DNA of 64,000 nt from positions 1,247 through 65,246 of the forward strand of contig JAKAVC010000159.1 in the NCBI GenBank assembly GCA_021817345.1, in the 5' to 3' direction. Numbering within the stretch: the stretch's first letter is position 1; every line of letters starts with the position of its first letter. This document shows positions 1-21,643 of the stretch, one piece after another. The notes beneath the pieces are model-generated. The model made no database searches. It saw only the letters and a program-made list of their open reading frames with translations, and was not told the DNA's origin. Source of the DNA: Deltaproteobacteria bacterium. Its GTDB lineage: Bacteria; Desulfobacterota; Binatia; Binatales; Binataceae. A program made the translations under genes and the position numbers.

Positions 1-149
1 ACAAGACCAAGGTGGGCACGGTTACACGCGCGCAGGTCGAAGAGATCGCCAAGACCAAGATGAAGGATCTCACGGCCGCCGATCTCGAAGCCGCGGTCAA
101 AACCGTGGCCGGTACCGCACGCTCGATGGGTATAGACGTCGTCGAGTAA
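1..149 (+). CDS. rplK: 50S ribosomal protein L11, C-terminal fragment (5-prime end outside window)
   Basis: Frame-3 translation [48 protein letters not shown] ends at TAA 147-149. Lies directly upstream of rplA. Confidence 0.9.
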   Translation, partial: KTKVGTVTRAQVEEIAKTKMKDLTAADLEAAVKTVAGTARSMGIDVVE

Positions 150-165
150 GGGAGTCTCAAATCCG

Positions 166-876
166 ATGGCGGGCAAGAAGTATCGCGAAGTCCAGAAGAG
201 TATCGACGCGCAGAAGCGTTATCCGCTCGAAGAGGCGCTCAAGATCGTCGCCGCCAGGCCGATAGCCAGATTCGACGAAACCGTCGAGATGGCGATCCGG
301 CTCAACGTCGATCCGCGCCAGGCGGACCAGAACGTCCGCGGCACCGTGGTGCTGCCTCACGGCACCGGTAGGAGCGTCCGCGTGCTGGTTCTCGCCAAGG
401 GCGAGAAAGAGCGCGAGGCGCGCGAAGCGGGTGCGGATTTCGTCGGCGGCGAAGACCTGATTAAGAAGATCCAGGAGGAAAACTGGCTCGACTTCGACCG
501 GGTGATCGCGACTCCCGACGTGATGTCGATGGTCGGCCGGATCGGTAAGATTCTGGGACCGCGCGGCCTGATGCCGAATCCGAAGGTTGGAACGGTCACT
601 TTTGACGTCGCCAAAGCTGTCGCCGAGGTCAAGGCGGGAAAGGTCGATTTCCGGGTCGACAAGGCCGGCGTGGTTCACGCCCCGATAGGCAAGCTCAGCT
701 TCGGTGCTCAGAAGCTTCTTGAGAACGCCCAGGCGCTGCTTGGGGCGGTGTTGCGCGCCAAGCCCGCAAGCGCCAAGGGCAATTACATAAAGGGCGTCGC
801 GGTCTCGTCCACGATGGGTCCCGGGGTGCGGGTGGATACTGTGGCGGCTTCAAAGGAAGTCGCCAAGGCCGCCTGA
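166..876 (+). CDS. rplA: 50S ribosomal protein L1
   Basis: 236-aa [17 protein letters not shown]...[10 protein letters not shown]...; conserved position between rplK and rplJ. Confidence 0.97.
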   Translation: MAGKKYREVQKSIDAQKRYPLEEALKIVAARPIARFDETVEMAIRLNVDPRQADQNVRGTVVLPHGTGRSVRVLVLAKGEKEREAREAGADFVGGEDLIKKIQEENWLDFDRVIATPDVMSMVGRIGKILGPRGLMPNPKVGTVTFDVAKAVAEVKAGKVDFRVDKAGVVHAPIGKLSFGAQKLLENAQALLGAVLRAKPASAKGNYIKGVAVSSTMGPGVRVDTVAASKEVAKAA

Positions 877-900
877 ACCTGAAGATGACGGTTTAGCGAG

Positions 901-1440
901 ATGAAAAAAGAACAGAAAACCGCGACGGTCGAGCAGATCGGCGAACGCCTGGGCAGGACCAGGCTTGCGCTCATCTCCGAGCATCGCGGAATGACGGTTG
1001 CGGAGACGACCGAGATGCGCCGCAAGCTGCGGGCGATACGCGGCGAGCTCAAGGTCGCCAAGAACACGCTTATCCGGCGCGCGATCAAGGACACGAGGTT
1101 CGCCGCGCTCGACTCCCATCTCGGCGGGCCGGTGGGCCTTATCACGGGCACGGCCGATCCGGTCGAATTGGCCAAGACGGTCAGTTCTTTCAAGGATCTA
1201 GGCGACAAGTTCAAGATTCGCGGCGGGGTCCTCGACGGGCGGCCGCTTACCGCCGAAGAGATCCAGGCGCTCGCAACCCTGCCGCCGCGCGAGGTCGTAC
1301 TCGGGCAGTTGCTGGCGGTCATCAATGCGCCCGCAACCCGGATGGTGCGGCTCCTGAACGAGCCCGCCTCCGCGCTTGCCCGGCTGGTTGACGCGATCGG
1401 CAAGAAGGCCGGCGGTTCGGGCGAGGTTGCGGCCCAATAG
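901..1440 (+). CDS. rplJ: 50S ribosomal protein L10
   Basis: 179-aa ORF MKKEQKTATVEQIGERL...; immediately upstream of rplL. Confidence 0.95.
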   Translation: MKKEQKTATVEQIGERLGRTRLALISEHRGMTVAETTEMRRKLRAIRGELKVAKNTLIRRAIKDTRFAALDSHLGGPVGLITGTADPVELAKTVSSFKDLGDKFKIRGGVLDGRPLTAEEIQALATLPPREVVLGQLLAVINAPATRMVRLLNEPASALARLVDAIGKKAGGSGEVAAQ

Positions 1441-1559
1441 GGCCTTCGGCGCGAAGCAGCGGGAACGATCGAGGAGTTTTTTTCGAGACTTTCAAATAAT
1501 CGAGCTTTCGGGGCGCTCCCACATCTCCCCGGACGCGAGGACTAAGGAGATAGCGTAAA

Positions 1560-1955
1560 ATGTCTGATGTGCAGCTGAGCCGGGATCAGGTCAAGGAGTA
1601 CCTGAAGAACCTCTCCCTGATGGACGCCGCGGCTCTGGTTAAAGAGCTTGAACAGGAACTCGGCGTTTCCGCGGCGGCTCCGGTTGCGGTTGCCGCCGTC
1701 GCGGGTGCTCCCGCGGCGGGCGCCGCTGCTCCGGCGGCGGAAAAGGACGAGTACACCGTGATGCTGACCGGGGCGGGTGACAAGAAGATCCAGGTGATCA
1801 AGGTCGTGCGCGAAATCACCGGGCTCGGTCTGAAGGAAGCCAAGGATCTCGTTGACGGGGCGCCCAAGCCGGTTAAAGAAGGGGTCACCAAGGCGGAGGC
1901 CGAGGAACTCAAGAAGAAGCTGGAGGAAGCCGGCGGCTCGGTCGAGCTTAAATGA
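1560..1955 (+). CDS. rplL: 50S ribosomal protein L7/L12
   Basis: 131 aa. Ala/Pro hinge [25 protein letters not shown] followed by [27 protein letters not shown], the typical L7/L12 C-terminal domain. Confidence 0.97.
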   Translation: MSDVQLSRDQVKEYLKNLSLMDAAALVKELEQELGVSAAAPVAVAAVAGAPAAGAAAPAAEKDEYTVMLTGAGDKKIQVIKVVREITGLGLKEAKDLVDGAPKPVKEGVTKAEAEELKKKLEEAGGSVELK

Positions 1956-2054
1956 CGGAAGCCGGGAAGGCCCCTTGGCATACGGCCTGAAGCCGAAAGA
2001 CCGCGGCGCGTGGAGCGCGCAAGGGCCCTCGGCGGTTTGGAATTTGCAGGATGT

Positions 2055-2137
2055 CGGGCGCGCAGGGAAACTGCGCGCCCGCGATCATTATTTTTTCAGG
2101 AATTTTTTTGCTGCGCGCGGGTACGGGTCCGCGCGCA
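2055..2137 (+). promoter_or_regulatory. Two GC-rich hairpins in the rplL-rpoB spacer (putative attenuator)
   Basis: Hairpin 1: CGGGCGCGCAG-GGAAA-CTGCGCGCCCG (2055-2081), followed 9 nt later by TTTTTT (2091-2096) and TTTTTTT (2104-2110). Hairpin 2: TGCGCGCGG-N8-CCGCGCGCA (2112-2137). Confidence 0.35.
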
Positions 2138-2150
2138 AAGCGGGTAGATA

Positions 2151-6263
<4,113 letters not shown>

Positions 6264-6290
6264 GGGGCCGGAAGCAAGGAGTCAAACGGG

Positions 6291-10522
<4,232 letters not shown>

Positions 10523-10526
<4 letters not shown>

Positions 10527-10551
10527 CAGAGGTCAAGCGTTAGCTTACATA
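10523..10551 (+). promoter_or_regulatory. Candidate sigma70-type promoter overlapping the rpoC stop codon
   Basis: TTGACA (10523-10528, contains the rpoC TGA), then 17 nt, then TACATA (10546-10551). CATAAT is an alternative -10 with a 19-nt spacer. Confidence 0.3.
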
Positions 10552-10561
10552 ATTGTATTTC

Positions 10562-10600
10562 CCCCAAGGGTAGTTTTGCGCCCTTGGGGACCTTTGTTTG
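10562..10600 (+). terminator. Hairpin plus T-rich tail after rpoC (terminator or str-operon leader structure)
   Basis: Perfect 9-bp stem CCCCAAGGG / CCCTTGGGG with a 10-nt loop, followed by ACCTTTGTTTG. Confidence 0.45.
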
Positions 10601-10722
10601 AAAACCCGCTTCCCGCCCTGACCGGAACAGCCGGGCAACGCGAGCGAAAGCCCTCGGACAGGGGTTCGTCCGCAGTCAGGGAGCGGAAAGCAGATTGAGC
10701 GGACGGAAAGCGAAGAACCAAG

Positions 10723-11094
10723 GTGCCGACGATAAATCAGCTCATACGAGGCGCGCGGATTAAGAAGCGTTATAAGCTGACCGCGCCTGCCCTGCAAGGA
10801 TGCCCGCAGAAGCGTGGCGTGTGCACGCAGGTCAAAACCACCACGCCCAAGAAGCCGAACTCGGCCTTGCGCAAGGTGGCCCGCGTGCGCCTGTCCAACG
10901 GGATTGAGGTCAACACCTACATCCCGGGCATCGGACACAATCTTCAGGAGCACTCGGTCGTGCTGATCCGCGGCGGACGCGTCAAGGATCTTCCCGGCGT
11001 CCGTTACCATGTGGTTCGCGGGACGCTCGATTCAATCGGCGTACAGGAGCGGCGCAAGGGGCGTTCCAAGTACGGCTCGAAGAAGCCGAAGTAA
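10723..11094 (+). CDS. rpsL: 30S ribosomal protein S12
   Basis: GTG start; PTINQLIRG...[18 protein letters not shown]. Confidence 0.98.
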   Translation: MPTINQLIRGARIKKRYKLTAPALQGCPQKRGVCTQVKTTTPKKPNSALRKVARVRLSNGIEVNTYIPGIGHNLQEHSVVLIRGGRVKDLPGVRYHVVRGTLDSIGVQERRKGRSKYGSKKPK

Positions 11095-11100
11095 AGACTT

Positions 11101-11571
<471 letters not shown>

Positions 11572-11595
11572 AAGGAACACAACGAGTTTTTGTAG

Positions 11596-13692
<2,097 letters not shown>

Positions 13693-13720
13693 ATGAAGGG
13701 GATCTATCGGAGGCTTAACA

Positions 13721-14920
13721 ATGGCCAAGGCCAAATTTGAAAGAACCAAGCCGCACGCCAACATCGGAACGATCGGTCATATCGACCACGGGAAGACCAC
13801 GCTCACGGCGGCGATTACCAAAGTGCTCTCCGCGCGCAAGCTGGCAAGCTTCGTCGCGTTCGATCAGATCGACAAGGCGCCCGAAGAACGTGAACGCGGG
13901 ATTACGATCGCTATCGCGCACGTGGAATACGAGACCGCCAAGCGCCATTACGCGCACGTCGATTGCCCGGGCCACGCCGACTATATCAAGAACATGATCA
14001 CCGGCGCCGCCCAGATGGACGGCGCGATCCTGGTGGTCGGCGCCAACGACGGCCCGATGCCGCAGACGCGCGAGCATATCCTGCTCGCCCGCCAGGTCGG
14101 CGTTCCCTCTATCGTCGTGTTCATGAACAAGGTCGATATGGTCGACGACCCCGAGCTGCTCGATCTCGTCGAGCTTGAGGTCCGCGAGCTTCTCAAGAAG
14201 TACGATTTTCCGGGCGACGACGTCCCGGTCATTCGGGGCAGCGCGCTTAAGGCGCTCAACTGTGGATGCGGCAAGGACGACTGCCCGAACTGCAAGCCGA
14301 TCCTCGACCTGATGAAAGCGGTCGACGAATACATTCCGCAGCCCGAGCGCGAAATCGACAAGCCGTTCCTGATGCCGGTCGAAGACGTGTTCTCGATCTC
14401 CGGGCGCGGCACGGTCGTGACCGGGCGCGTCGAGCGCGGCAAGATCAAGGTCGGCGAGGAAGTTGAGATCGTCGGATTCAAGGAAACGCAGAAGACGGTC
14501 GTTACCGGGGTCGAGATGTTTCGCAAGATTCTCGACGAAGGCCAGGCCGGCGATAACATCGGCGTGCTCCTGCGCGGCGTCAAGCGCGAGGAGGTCGAGC
14601 GTGGGCAGGTTCTCGCGGCGCCGGGCTCGATCACGCCGCACACCAAGTTTGAGGCTTCGGTCTACGTTCTGACCAAGGACGAGGGCGGACGCCATACCCC
14701 GTTCTTCAACGGTTACCGGCCGCAGTTCTACTTCCGCACCACCGACGTGACGGGCGTGATGACCCTGCCGGAGGGCACCGAGATGGTCATGCCGGGCGAC
14801 AACGTCAATATCGTCGGAGAGCTGATTACGCCGGTCGCGATGGACGAGGGACTGCGCTTCGCGGTGCGCGAAGGCGGACGGACGGTCGGCGCGGGCGTCG
14901 TCTCTAAAATACTTAAGTAA
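13721..14920 (+). CDS. tuf: Elongation factor Tu
   Basis: 399 aa; [18 protein letters not shown]. Carries an unusual Cys cluster, see findings. Confidence 0.98.
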   Translation: MAKAKFERTKPHANIGTIGHIDHGKTTLTAAITKVLSARKLASFVAFDQIDKAPEERERGITIAIAHVEYETAKRHYAHVDCPGHADYIKNMITGAAQMDGAILVVGANDGPMPQTREHILLARQVGVPSIVVFMNKVDMVDDPELLDLVELEVRELLKKYDFPGDDVPVIRGSALKALNCGCGKDDCPNCKPILDLMKAVDEYIPQPEREIDKPFLMPVEDVFSISGRGTVVTGRVERGKIKVGEEVEIVGFKETQKTVVTGVEMFRKILDEGQAGDNIGVLLRGVKREEVERGQVLAAPGSITPHTKFEASVYVLTKDEGGRHTPFFNGYRPQFYFRTTDVTGVMTLPEGTEMVMPGDNVNIVGELITPVAMDEGLRFAVREGGRTVGAGVVSKILK

Positions 14921-14968
14921 ACCGGGTAACGAAGTGGCGTGGCGCTTTAGGACGCGGCCCCAACTCAT

Positions 14969-15280
14969 ATGATGAACGAGAAAATACGCATTCGTCTTAA
15001 GGCGTACGATTACCGCCTGCTCGACCAGTCGGTGCGCGAGATTGTCGACACCATCCGGCGCACCGGCGGGCGCGTGGCCGGTCCGATCCCACTGCCGACC
15101 CGTATCGAACGGTTTACCGTCAACCGCTCGCCGCACGTCGACAAGAAGTCGCGTGAGCACTTCGAGATCCGCACCCACAAGCGGCTGCTCGACGTGCTTG
15201 AGCCCACCCAGCAGACTATCGACGCCCTGGGTAAACTCGACCTGGCGGCGGGCGTCGACGTCGAAATCAAGCTCGAGTAG
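14969..15280 (+). CDS. rpsJ: 30S ribosomal protein S10
   Basis: 103 aa, [19 protein letters not shown]... Confidence 0.97.
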   Translation: MMNEKIRIRLKAYDYRLLDQSVREIVDTIRRTGGRVAGPIPLPTRIERFTVNRSPHVDKKSREHFEIRTHKRLLDVLEPTQQTIDALGKLDLAAGVDVEIKLE

Positions 15281-15284
15281 TGCC

Positions 15285-15953
15285 GTGCTGACCGGACTGA
15301 TTGGAAAAAAACTCGGGATGACGCAGGTGATCGATCCGGCGACCGGACGCATCCGTGCGGTTACGGTTATCGCGCTCGGCCCCTGCACCGTCACCCAGAT
15401 CAAGACTGAACCGACCGACGGCTACGACGCCGTCCAGGTGACCTTCGGCAAGCGCAAACCTTCGCGCGTCAACCAGGCCGAGCGCGGCCATTTCGCCAAG
15501 GCCGGAATCGCGCCGGGCGTGCGCAGCGCCGAGTTCGAGCGCCGCGGCGAGGGCGAACTCAAGCTCGGACAGGCGGTCTCGGCGGCCGACGTCTTCAAGG
15601 CGGGCGATCCGATCGACGTAAGTGGCGTGTCCAAGGGACGTGGCTACGCGGGCGTAATCAAGCGCCATCATTTCGCGGGTTTTCCGGGTTCCCGTGGCAC
15701 CCACGAATACTTCCGCCACGGCGGCGCGATCGGCAACCGCTCGTTTCCGGGCCGCGTGCGCAAGGGGCTCAGGATGGCGGGGCAGATGGGCAACGAGAAG
15801 TGCACCGTCAGCAACCTCAAGGTGGTTGAGTTGCTCGCCGACGACAATGCGATCCTGGTGGCCGGCGCGGTGCCCGGTCCCGACGGCGCCCTGGTGACGG
15901 TCAGGCATGCAACGCGGCCCAAGACCCGGGGAGCGATAGTGGCCAATGGCTGA
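15285..15953 (+). CDS. rplC: 50S ribosomal protein L3
   Basis: GTG at 15285 gives [15 protein letters not shown]..., a typical L3 N-terminus. The track ORF start at 15042 overlaps rpsJ and is an over-extension. Confidence 0.93.
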   Translation: MLTGLIGKKLGMTQVIDPATGRIRAVTVIALGPCTVTQIKTEPTDGYDAVQVTFGKRKPSRVNQAERGHFAKAGIAPGVRSAEFERRGEGELKLGQAVSAADVFKAGDPIDVSGVSKGRGYAGVIKRHHFAGFPGSRGTHEYFRHGGAIGNRSFPGRVRKGLRMAGQMGNEKCTVSNLKVVELLADDNAILVAGAVPGPDGALVTVRHATRPKTRGAIVANG

Positions 15954-16605
15954 GGCGAATACGGAAATTTCGGCGGTCAAAGTGCCGCTTTTCTCAGCGG
16001 GGCGCGAACGCGTGGGCGAATTCGATCTGGCTGGCGCGGTCTTCGGACGCGAAGCCAACGAATCGCTGGTTCATGACGCGGTCAGGATGCAGCTTGCCAA
16101 GCGAAGGCGCGGCACGGCTGCGACCAAGACCAAGGGCTTCATCTCGGGCGGCGGACGAAAGCCCTGGAGGCAGAAGGGAACCGGACGGGCCCGCGCGGGT
16201 TCGACCCGGTCGCCGCTATGGCGCCACGGCGGGACGATCTTCGGGCCGGTTCCGCGCGACTATTCGTACCATATGCCGAAGAAGGCATGGCGCAACGCGC
16301 TGTGCGTCGCGCTCTCCGACCGGGCGAAGAACGGCAATCTGGTGGTGGTCGAGTCGCTCGAAATACCCGAGGCCAAGACCAAGACGGCGAGCCAGTTCCT
16401 CAAGGCGCTCGGGCTTGGCCATGCGCTGATCGTGATCGGCGAGGACGACGCGCCCTTCGGGCGTGCGGCGCGCAATCTTGCCGCGCACAAAGTGCTGCCG
16501 GTCGGGGGCCTCAATGTGTACGACGTGATGTACTACGACGAGCTCCTGATGACCGCCAAGGTCGCCCGACAGATCGAGGAGCGGCTTGCGGGAGGCGCGC
16601 GATGA
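15946..16605 (+). CDS. rplD: 50S ribosomal protein L4
   Basis: 219 aa; conserved order after rplC; overlaps the rplC end by 8 nt. Confidence 0.95.
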   Translation: MAEANTEISAVKVPLFSAGRERVGEFDLAGAVFGREANESLVHDAVRMQLAKRRRGTAATKTKGFISGGGRKPWRQKGTGRARAGSTRSPLWRHGGTIFGPVPRDYSYHMPKKAWRNALCVALSDRAKNGNLVVVESLEIPEAKTKTASQFLKALGLGHALIVIGEDDAPFGRAARNLAAHKVLPVGGLNVYDVMYYDELLMTAKVARQIEERLAGGAR

Positions 16606-16889
16606 CCAACGACAACGTGATTCTCGCGCCGCTGGTCACCGAAAAAAGCACGGTTGCCGGCGAAAAGACCAACCAGGTCGTGTTCAAAGTTCGTCCCAAG
16701 GCGAGCAAGGACAGGATTCGCGAGGCAGTCGAGGCCCTGTTCAAGGTGACGGTGCTCAAGGTCCGTACCGGGAACTACCTCGGCAAACAGCGTCGGCGCG
16801 GTCGCACGGTCGGCCGCCAGCGCAACTGGAAGAAGGCCTACGTGACCCTCAAAGAGGGCGATCGAATCGAGTTTTTCGAGGGCGTTTAG
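16602..16889 (+). CDS. rplW: 50S ribosomal protein L23
   Basis: ATG 16602 gives MTNDNVILAPLVTEKST...; the upstream part of track ORF 16218 lies inside rplD. Confidence 0.94.
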   Translation: MTNDNVILAPLVTEKSTVAGEKTNQVVFKVRPKASKDRIREAVEALFKVTVLKVRTGNYLGKQRRRGRTVGRQRNWKKAYVTLKEGDRIEFFEGV

Positions 16890-16904
16890 GGCGGGTAGCA
16901 AGCC

Positions 16905-17738
16905 ATGGCAGTGATACAACTAAAGCCGCGCACGCCGGGCCAGCGCTTCATGCAGGTTGCCGACTTCTCGGCGCTCAGCAAGAAGAAGCCCGAAAAGGCC
17001 CTGCTGGCGCCGCTCAAGCATTCGGGCGGACGAAACAACCTCGGGCGCATGACGATGCGCCATCTGGGCGGCGGCCACAAGCGGATGCTGCGGGTTATCG
17101 ACTTCAAGCGCAAGCACGACGGCGTTTCCGCGGTCGTGGCGGCGCTCGAGTACGACCCCAACCGCTCGGCCAATGTCGCGCTCCTGCATTATGCCGACGG
17201 ACGCAAGAGCTACATCCTTGCTCCCGAGGGGTTGAAGGCGGGCGACAAGGTCGAATCCGGTCCGGCGGCGGATATCCGTCCCGGCAACGCGCTGCCGCTT
17301 AAGAGCATCCCGGTCGGCACCATCGTCCATGCGATCGAGCTCAAGCCGGGCGCGGGCGCCCAGTTGGCCCGCGGCGCCGGAACCCAGGCGCAATTGATGG
17401 CCAAGGAAGGGAAGTTTGCCCTGCTCAAGCTTCCCTCCGGTGAGCAGCGGATGGTACTGGCGGAATGCCGGGCGACGGTCGGCCAGGTTGGAAATCTGGA
17501 ACACGAAAACATCTCGATCGGAAAGGCCGGCCGCACGCGATGGCTCGGCAAGCGTTCCAGCGTGCGCGGGATCGCGATGAACCCGGTTGACCATCCGCAC
17601 GGCGGCGGCGAAGGACGTTCCAAGGGAAATCATCCCCAGTCGCCGTGGGGTACGCCGACCAAGGGGTACAAGACGCGCGGCAAGAAAGCCTCGGATCGCT
17701 ATATCGTGAGCGGACGCCCGAGGGGCAAGCGGAGATAA
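16905..17738 (+). CDS. rplB: 50S ribosomal protein L2
   Basis: 277 aa; [14 protein letters not shown] motif. Confidence 0.98.
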   Translation: MAVIQLKPRTPGQRFMQVADFSALSKKKPEKALLAPLKHSGGRNNLGRMTMRHLGGGHKRMLRVIDFKRKHDGVSAVVAALEYDPNRSANVALLHYADGRKSYILAPEGLKAGDKVESGPAADIRPGNALPLKSIPVGTIVHAIELKPGAGAQLARGAGTQAQLMAKEGKFALLKLPSGEQRMVLAECRATVGQVGNLEHENISIGKAGRTRWLGKRSSVRGIAMNPVDHPHGGGEGRSKGNHPQSPWGTPTKGYKTRGKKASDRYIVSGRPRGKRR

Positions 17739-17748
17739 GAGCCTTACG

Positions 17749-18066
17749 ATGGCAAGGTCGCTGAAAAAAGGTCCGTTCGTCGACGAACATCTGAAGAGGA
17801 AGGTCGAGGCCGCGCTCGCGGCGGGCGATCGCAGGATAATCAAGACCTGGTCGCGGCGCTCGATGATTGTGCCCGACATGATTGGCCTCACCTTCGCGGT
17901 GCATAACGGCCACAAATTCGTTCCGGTCTACTGCACCGAGAACACGGTCGGGCACAAGCTCGGAGAGTTCGCTCCGACCCGGACCTTCCATGCCCACGCG
18001 GGCACCAAGAAGGCCGAAGTCAAGGGCGGTGGCGCTCCCGCTCCGAGCGCGGCGCCGAAGCATTAG
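17749..18066 (+). CDS. rpsS: 30S ribosomal protein S19
   Basis: [15 protein letters not shown]...; has a G/A/P/K-rich C-terminal tail. Confidence 0.97.
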   Translation: MARSLKKGPFVDEHLKRKVEAALAAGDRRIIKTWSRRSMIVPDMIGLTFAVHNGHKFVPVYCTENTVGHKLGEFAPTRTFHAHAGTKKAEVKGGGAPAPSAAPKH

Positions 18067-18070
18067 GAAA

Positions 18071-18409
18071 ATGGAAGCGGTAGCGCGAACCCGATATATC
18101 AGGATTTCGCCGCGCAAGCTCCGCCTGGTGTGCGAGCTTATCGCCGGCAAGAAGGTCGAACAGGCGCTTTCGATCCTCGAGTTCACGCCCAAGAAAGGCG
18201 CGCGCTTCGTTCAAAAGACGCTGCTTTCGGCAGTGGCGAACGCCCGCGACCAGCAGAGCGTTGACGAGGACAAGCTTTACGTGAAGCGGGCGGTGGCAAA
18301 CCCGGGACCGATCTGGAAGCGGTCGCTGCCGCGCGCGCACATGCATGCGACGCCGATTCTCAAGCGCACGAGCCATCTGATGGTGGTCGTCGACGAGCGG
18401 GCGTCCTGA
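18071..18409 (+). CDS. rplV: 50S ribosomal protein L22
   Basis: ATG 18071 gives [20 protein letters not shown]...; the track ORF start 17882 lies within rpsS. Confidence 0.95.
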   Translation: MEAVARTRYIRISPRKLRLVCELIAGKKVEQALSILEFTPKKGARFVQKTLLSAVANARDQQSVDEDKLYVKRAVANPGPIWKRSLPRAHMHATPILKRTSHLMVVVDERAS

Positions 18410-18417
18410 GGTTTCAG

Positions 18418-19095
18418 ATGGGGCAGAAGACACATCCGCGCGGACTCAGGCTCGGAGTCATTGAGACGTGGGACTCGCGATGGTACGCGACGCACGAATA
18501 CGCGCCATTGCTGCATGAGGACCTGAAACTGCGCGACTTTATCAAGAAGCGCCTGTATCACGCAGGGATCTCGCGGATCGAAATCGAACGGATGGCCAAC
18601 AAGGCCAAGATCAATATCCACACCGCGCGGCCCGGAATCGTTATCGGCAAGAAGGGCGCCGAGATCGAAAAGTTAAAGGCCGACATCCAGAAAATGATGA
18701 AGGGCAAGGAAGCTTTCATCAATATTCATGAAGTGCGCCGCCCGGACCTCGACCCGCAACTGGTGGCCGAGAATATCGCGCTGCAGTTGGAGCGGCGCGT
18801 GGCGTTTCGCCGCGCGATGAAGGAGGCGGTCAACCGCGCGATGCGGATGGGCGCGCAGGGCGTCAAGGTCCACGTCGCGGGACGCCTCGGTGGCGCTGAA
18901 ATAGCGCGCAGCGAATGGTATCGCGAGGGCCGCGTGCCGCTGCAGACGCTGCGCGCCGACGTGGCTTTCGGATTCGCCGAGGCGCGCACGACCTACGGCG
19001 TGATCGGCGTAAAGGTATGGATTTTCCGCGGCGAGGTCCTGACCCGCCGCGAAGAGGACACCAGGCGCCTGGGCGGACAGGCCCAGGCCCAGTAG
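18418..19095 (+). CDS. rpsC: 30S ribosomal protein S3
   Basis: [14 protein letters not shown]..., 225 aa. Confidence 0.98.
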   Translation: MGQKTHPRGLRLGVIETWDSRWYATHEYAPLLHEDLKLRDFIKKRLYHAGISRIEIERMANKAKINIHTARPGIVIGKKGAEIEKLKADIQKMMKGKEAFINIHEVRRPDLDPQLVAENIALQLERRVAFRRAMKEAVNRAMRMGAQGVKVHVAGRLGGAEIARSEWYREGRVPLQTLRADVAFGFAEARTTYGVIGVKVWIFRGEVLTRREEDTRRLGGQAQAQ

Positions 19096-19113
19096 TGCGA
19101 CGCGGTTAGCGCG

Positions 19114-19528
<415 letters not shown>

Positions 19529-19539
<11 letters not shown>

Positions 19540-19762
19540 CGAACTGAAACAGATGAGTCCTGCGGACCTGCGTATCAAGGAACGCGAGGTCCGGGAAGAG
19601 ATTTTCAGGCTGAGGCTGAAGCTGCGCACCAACCAGCTCGACAATCCGGCGAACTATCGCAAGGCGCGCCGGGAGCTGGCCAGGCTGCTGACGGTTCTCA
19701 GGCAAAAGGAACTCAAGCCGGGCGCGGCAGAGGCCAGGACGAGCGATGAGGCAGCGGGTTAA
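19529..19762 (+). CDS. rpmC: 50S ribosomal protein L29
   Basis: TTG start at 19529 (ATG alternative at 19553); [18 protein letters not shown]. Confidence 0.9.
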
Positions 19763-20000
19763 GAAGCGCGAAGGGACGGTCGTATCGGCCAAGATGGATA
19801 AAACCGTCGTGGTCCAGGTCGATCGCCTGGTGCAGCACGAGTTTTACGGCAAGCGGATCCGCCAACGCAAACGCTTCATGGCGCACGACGCCAAGGGCGA
19901 GTGCGGCGAGGGCGATCGGGTCGTTATCATCGAGTCGCATCCGCTTTCCAAGAACAAGCGATGGCGCGTGAGCAGCGTTATCGCCAAGGCCGCGGGCTGA
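19746..20000 (+). CDS. rpsQ: 30S ribosomal protein S17
   Basis: 84 aa; GTVVSAKMDKTVVVQVDR. Confidence 0.96.
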   Translation: MRQRVKKREGTVVSAKMDKTVVVQVDRLVQHEFYGKRIRQRKRFMAHDAKGECGEGDRVVIIESHPLSKNKRWRVSSVIAKAAG

Positions 20001-20019
20001 GCGGGGGTGACGGACAGAC

Positions 20020-20388
20020 ATGGTTCAGATGCGAACGGTTCTGGATGTCGCCGATAACTCGGGCGCCCGCAAGGTGCAGTGCATCAAGGTGCTCGGCGGC
20101 TCGCGGCGCAGATACGCGACCGTCGGCGACGTGATCGTGGTGGCCGTCAAAGAGGCGATTCCCAACTCCAAGGTGAAAAAGGGCGACGTCGCCCGCGCGG
20201 TTATCGTTCGCACCGCCAAGGAGATAAGCCGCGATGACGGTTCCTATATCCGCTTCGACGGTAATTCCGCGGTCCTGGTGGACAAGGAGCACGAACCTAT
20301 CGGGACGCGCATCTTCGGCCCCGTAGCGCGCGAGCTTCGGGCCAAGAAGTTCCTCAAGATAATCTCGCTCGCGCCCGAGGTTCTGTAG
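20020..20388 (+). CDS. rplN: 50S ribosomal protein L14
   Basis: [19 protein letters not shown]..., 122 aa. Confidence 0.98.
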   Translation: MVQMRTVLDVADNSGARKVQCIKVLGGSRRRYATVGDVIVVAVKEAIPNSKVKKGDVARAVIVRTAKEISRDDGSYIRFDGNSAVLVDKEHEPIGTRIFGPVARELRAKKFLKIISLAPEVL

Positions 20389-20733
20389 ATGGGCACGGGG
20401 TTGGCGATGGTTAAGGCGAAGATCAAAAAGAACGACACCGTGATGGTGATAAAGGGCCGCGACCGGGGAAAAACCGGCAAGGTGACCCGGGTGATGCCGC
20501 GCGAGGGCAAGCTCATCGTCGAGCGGCTCAATATCGTCAAGCGCCATTCCAAGCCCCGCGGCGCGGCGAGCCCCGGAGGGATCGTCGAGAAGGAAGCGCC
20601 GCTTCCGATTACCAACGTCATGGTCTTCTGCGACCGATGCAACGCGCCGGTCAGGGTTGGATGGAAAGCCAACGCCGACGGAAGCAAAAGCCGGATCTGC
20701 CGGCGCTGCAACGAAGCGCTGGGGAATGAGTGA
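20389..20733 (+). CDS. rplX: 50S ribosomal protein L24 (C4 zinc-ribbon variant)
   Basis: [26 protein letters not shown] lies 8 nt before ATG 20389; alternative start at 20407. Confidence 0.95.
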   Translation: MGTGLAMVKAKIKKNDTVMVIKGRDRGKTGKVTRVMPREGKLIVERLNIVKRHSKPRGAASPGGIVEKEAPLPITNVMVFCDRCNAPVRVGWKANADGSKSRICRRCNEALGNE

Positions 20734-21419
20734 TGGCCGAGGAAACTGAAAAAAAGGCAAAGGCCAAGCGCCCCGAGAAAGAGGCCAAAAAGGCCCCGGA
20801 GCAGAAGCCTGCGGCCGAACAGCGCGCGAGCGAGCCGAGCGTTCCGCCGCGCCTTAAGGTCCGCTACGAGCAGGAAATCGTGCCCCGCCTCAAGCAGGAA
20901 TTGAAGATCGAGAACCGCATGCGGGTGCCGCGGCTCACCAAGATCGTCATCAACATGAGCCTTGGCGAGGCGCGCGAGAACGTAAAGCTGCTCGAGAATG
21001 CGCTCGAGGAGATCCGCCAGGTCGCCGGACAGAAGCCGGTCATGACCCGTGCGCGAAAGGCGATATCGAACTTCAAGCTGCGCCAGGGGATGCCGATCGG
21101 CGTGATGGTCACGCTCAGGCGCGAGCGCATGTACGAGTTCCTCGACCGGCTGATCAATGTGGCGTTGCCCCGGGTGCGCGACTTCCGCGGCGTGAGCGAC
21201 AAGGCGTTCGACGGGCGCGGCAATTATTCGCTCGGAATCCGCGAGCACATCATTTTCCCTGAACTCAATCTCGACAAGGTCGAGAAGGTGAAGGGGCTGA
21301 CAATCACGATCGCGACCACGGCGCGCAGCGACTTCGAGGGTTACACGCTGCTCAAGGAGTTTGGCATGCCGTTCAGATCGACCGGCCCCGAGCGTGGCGC
21401 GGCGGTCGAGGCCGCCTAG
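20733..21419 (+). CDS. rplE: 50S ribosomal protein L5 with K/A/E/P-rich N-terminal extension
   Basis: ATG 20733 overlaps the rplX TGA. Core [18 protein letters not shown]... Confidence 0.95.
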   Translation: MAEETEKKAKAKRPEKEAKKAPEQKPAAEQRASEPSVPPRLKVRYEQEIVPRLKQELKIENRMRVPRLTKIVINMSLGEARENVKLLENALEEIRQVAGQKPVMTRARKAISNFKLRQGMPIGVMVTLRRERMYEFLDRLINVALPRVRDFRGVSDKAFDGRGNYSLGIREHIIFPELNLDKVEKVKGLTITIATTARSDFEGYTLLKEFGMPFRSTGPERGAAVEAA

Positions 21420-21435
21420 GAAGGAACAGGGCCAG

Positions 21436-21621
21436 ATGGCGAAGAAATGCCTCAGGGTGAAGGCGACGCGCACTCCGAAGTTCGGCGTGCGTCAGCACAA
21501 CCGATGCCCGCTGTGCGGGCGGGCTCGCGCATTTTACCGGCGCTTCCGGATGTGCCGGCTGTGTTTGCGCAAACTCGCGCTGCGCGGCCAGCTTCCGGGC
21601 GTGATCAAGGCGAGCTGGTAA
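21436..21621 (+). CDS. rpsN: 30S ribosomal protein S14, type Z (zinc-binding)
   Basis: 61 aa, [33 protein letters not shown]...CRLCLR. The track ORF 21361 start lies inside rplE. Confidence 0.95.
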   Translation: MAKKCLRVKATRTPKFGVRQHNRCPLCGRARAFYRRFRMCRLCLRKLALRGQLPGVIKASW

Positions 21622-21643
21622 CAAGAGGGTTTTCATCGGACTC

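Noticed and set aside
15042-15284. N-terminal over-extensions of track ORFs, including L3 (15042), L23 (16218), L22 (17882), S14 (21361), coxG (35833), coxM (36614), coxS (39410), the cupredoxin (42185) and SMP-30 (49032)
   Set aside because: The extensions overlap the preceding gene in another frame. Conserved N-termini and ribosome-binding sites support the downstream starts used in the feature list.
13715-15403. 562-aa ORF antisense to tuf and rpsJ
   Set aside because: Same artefact.
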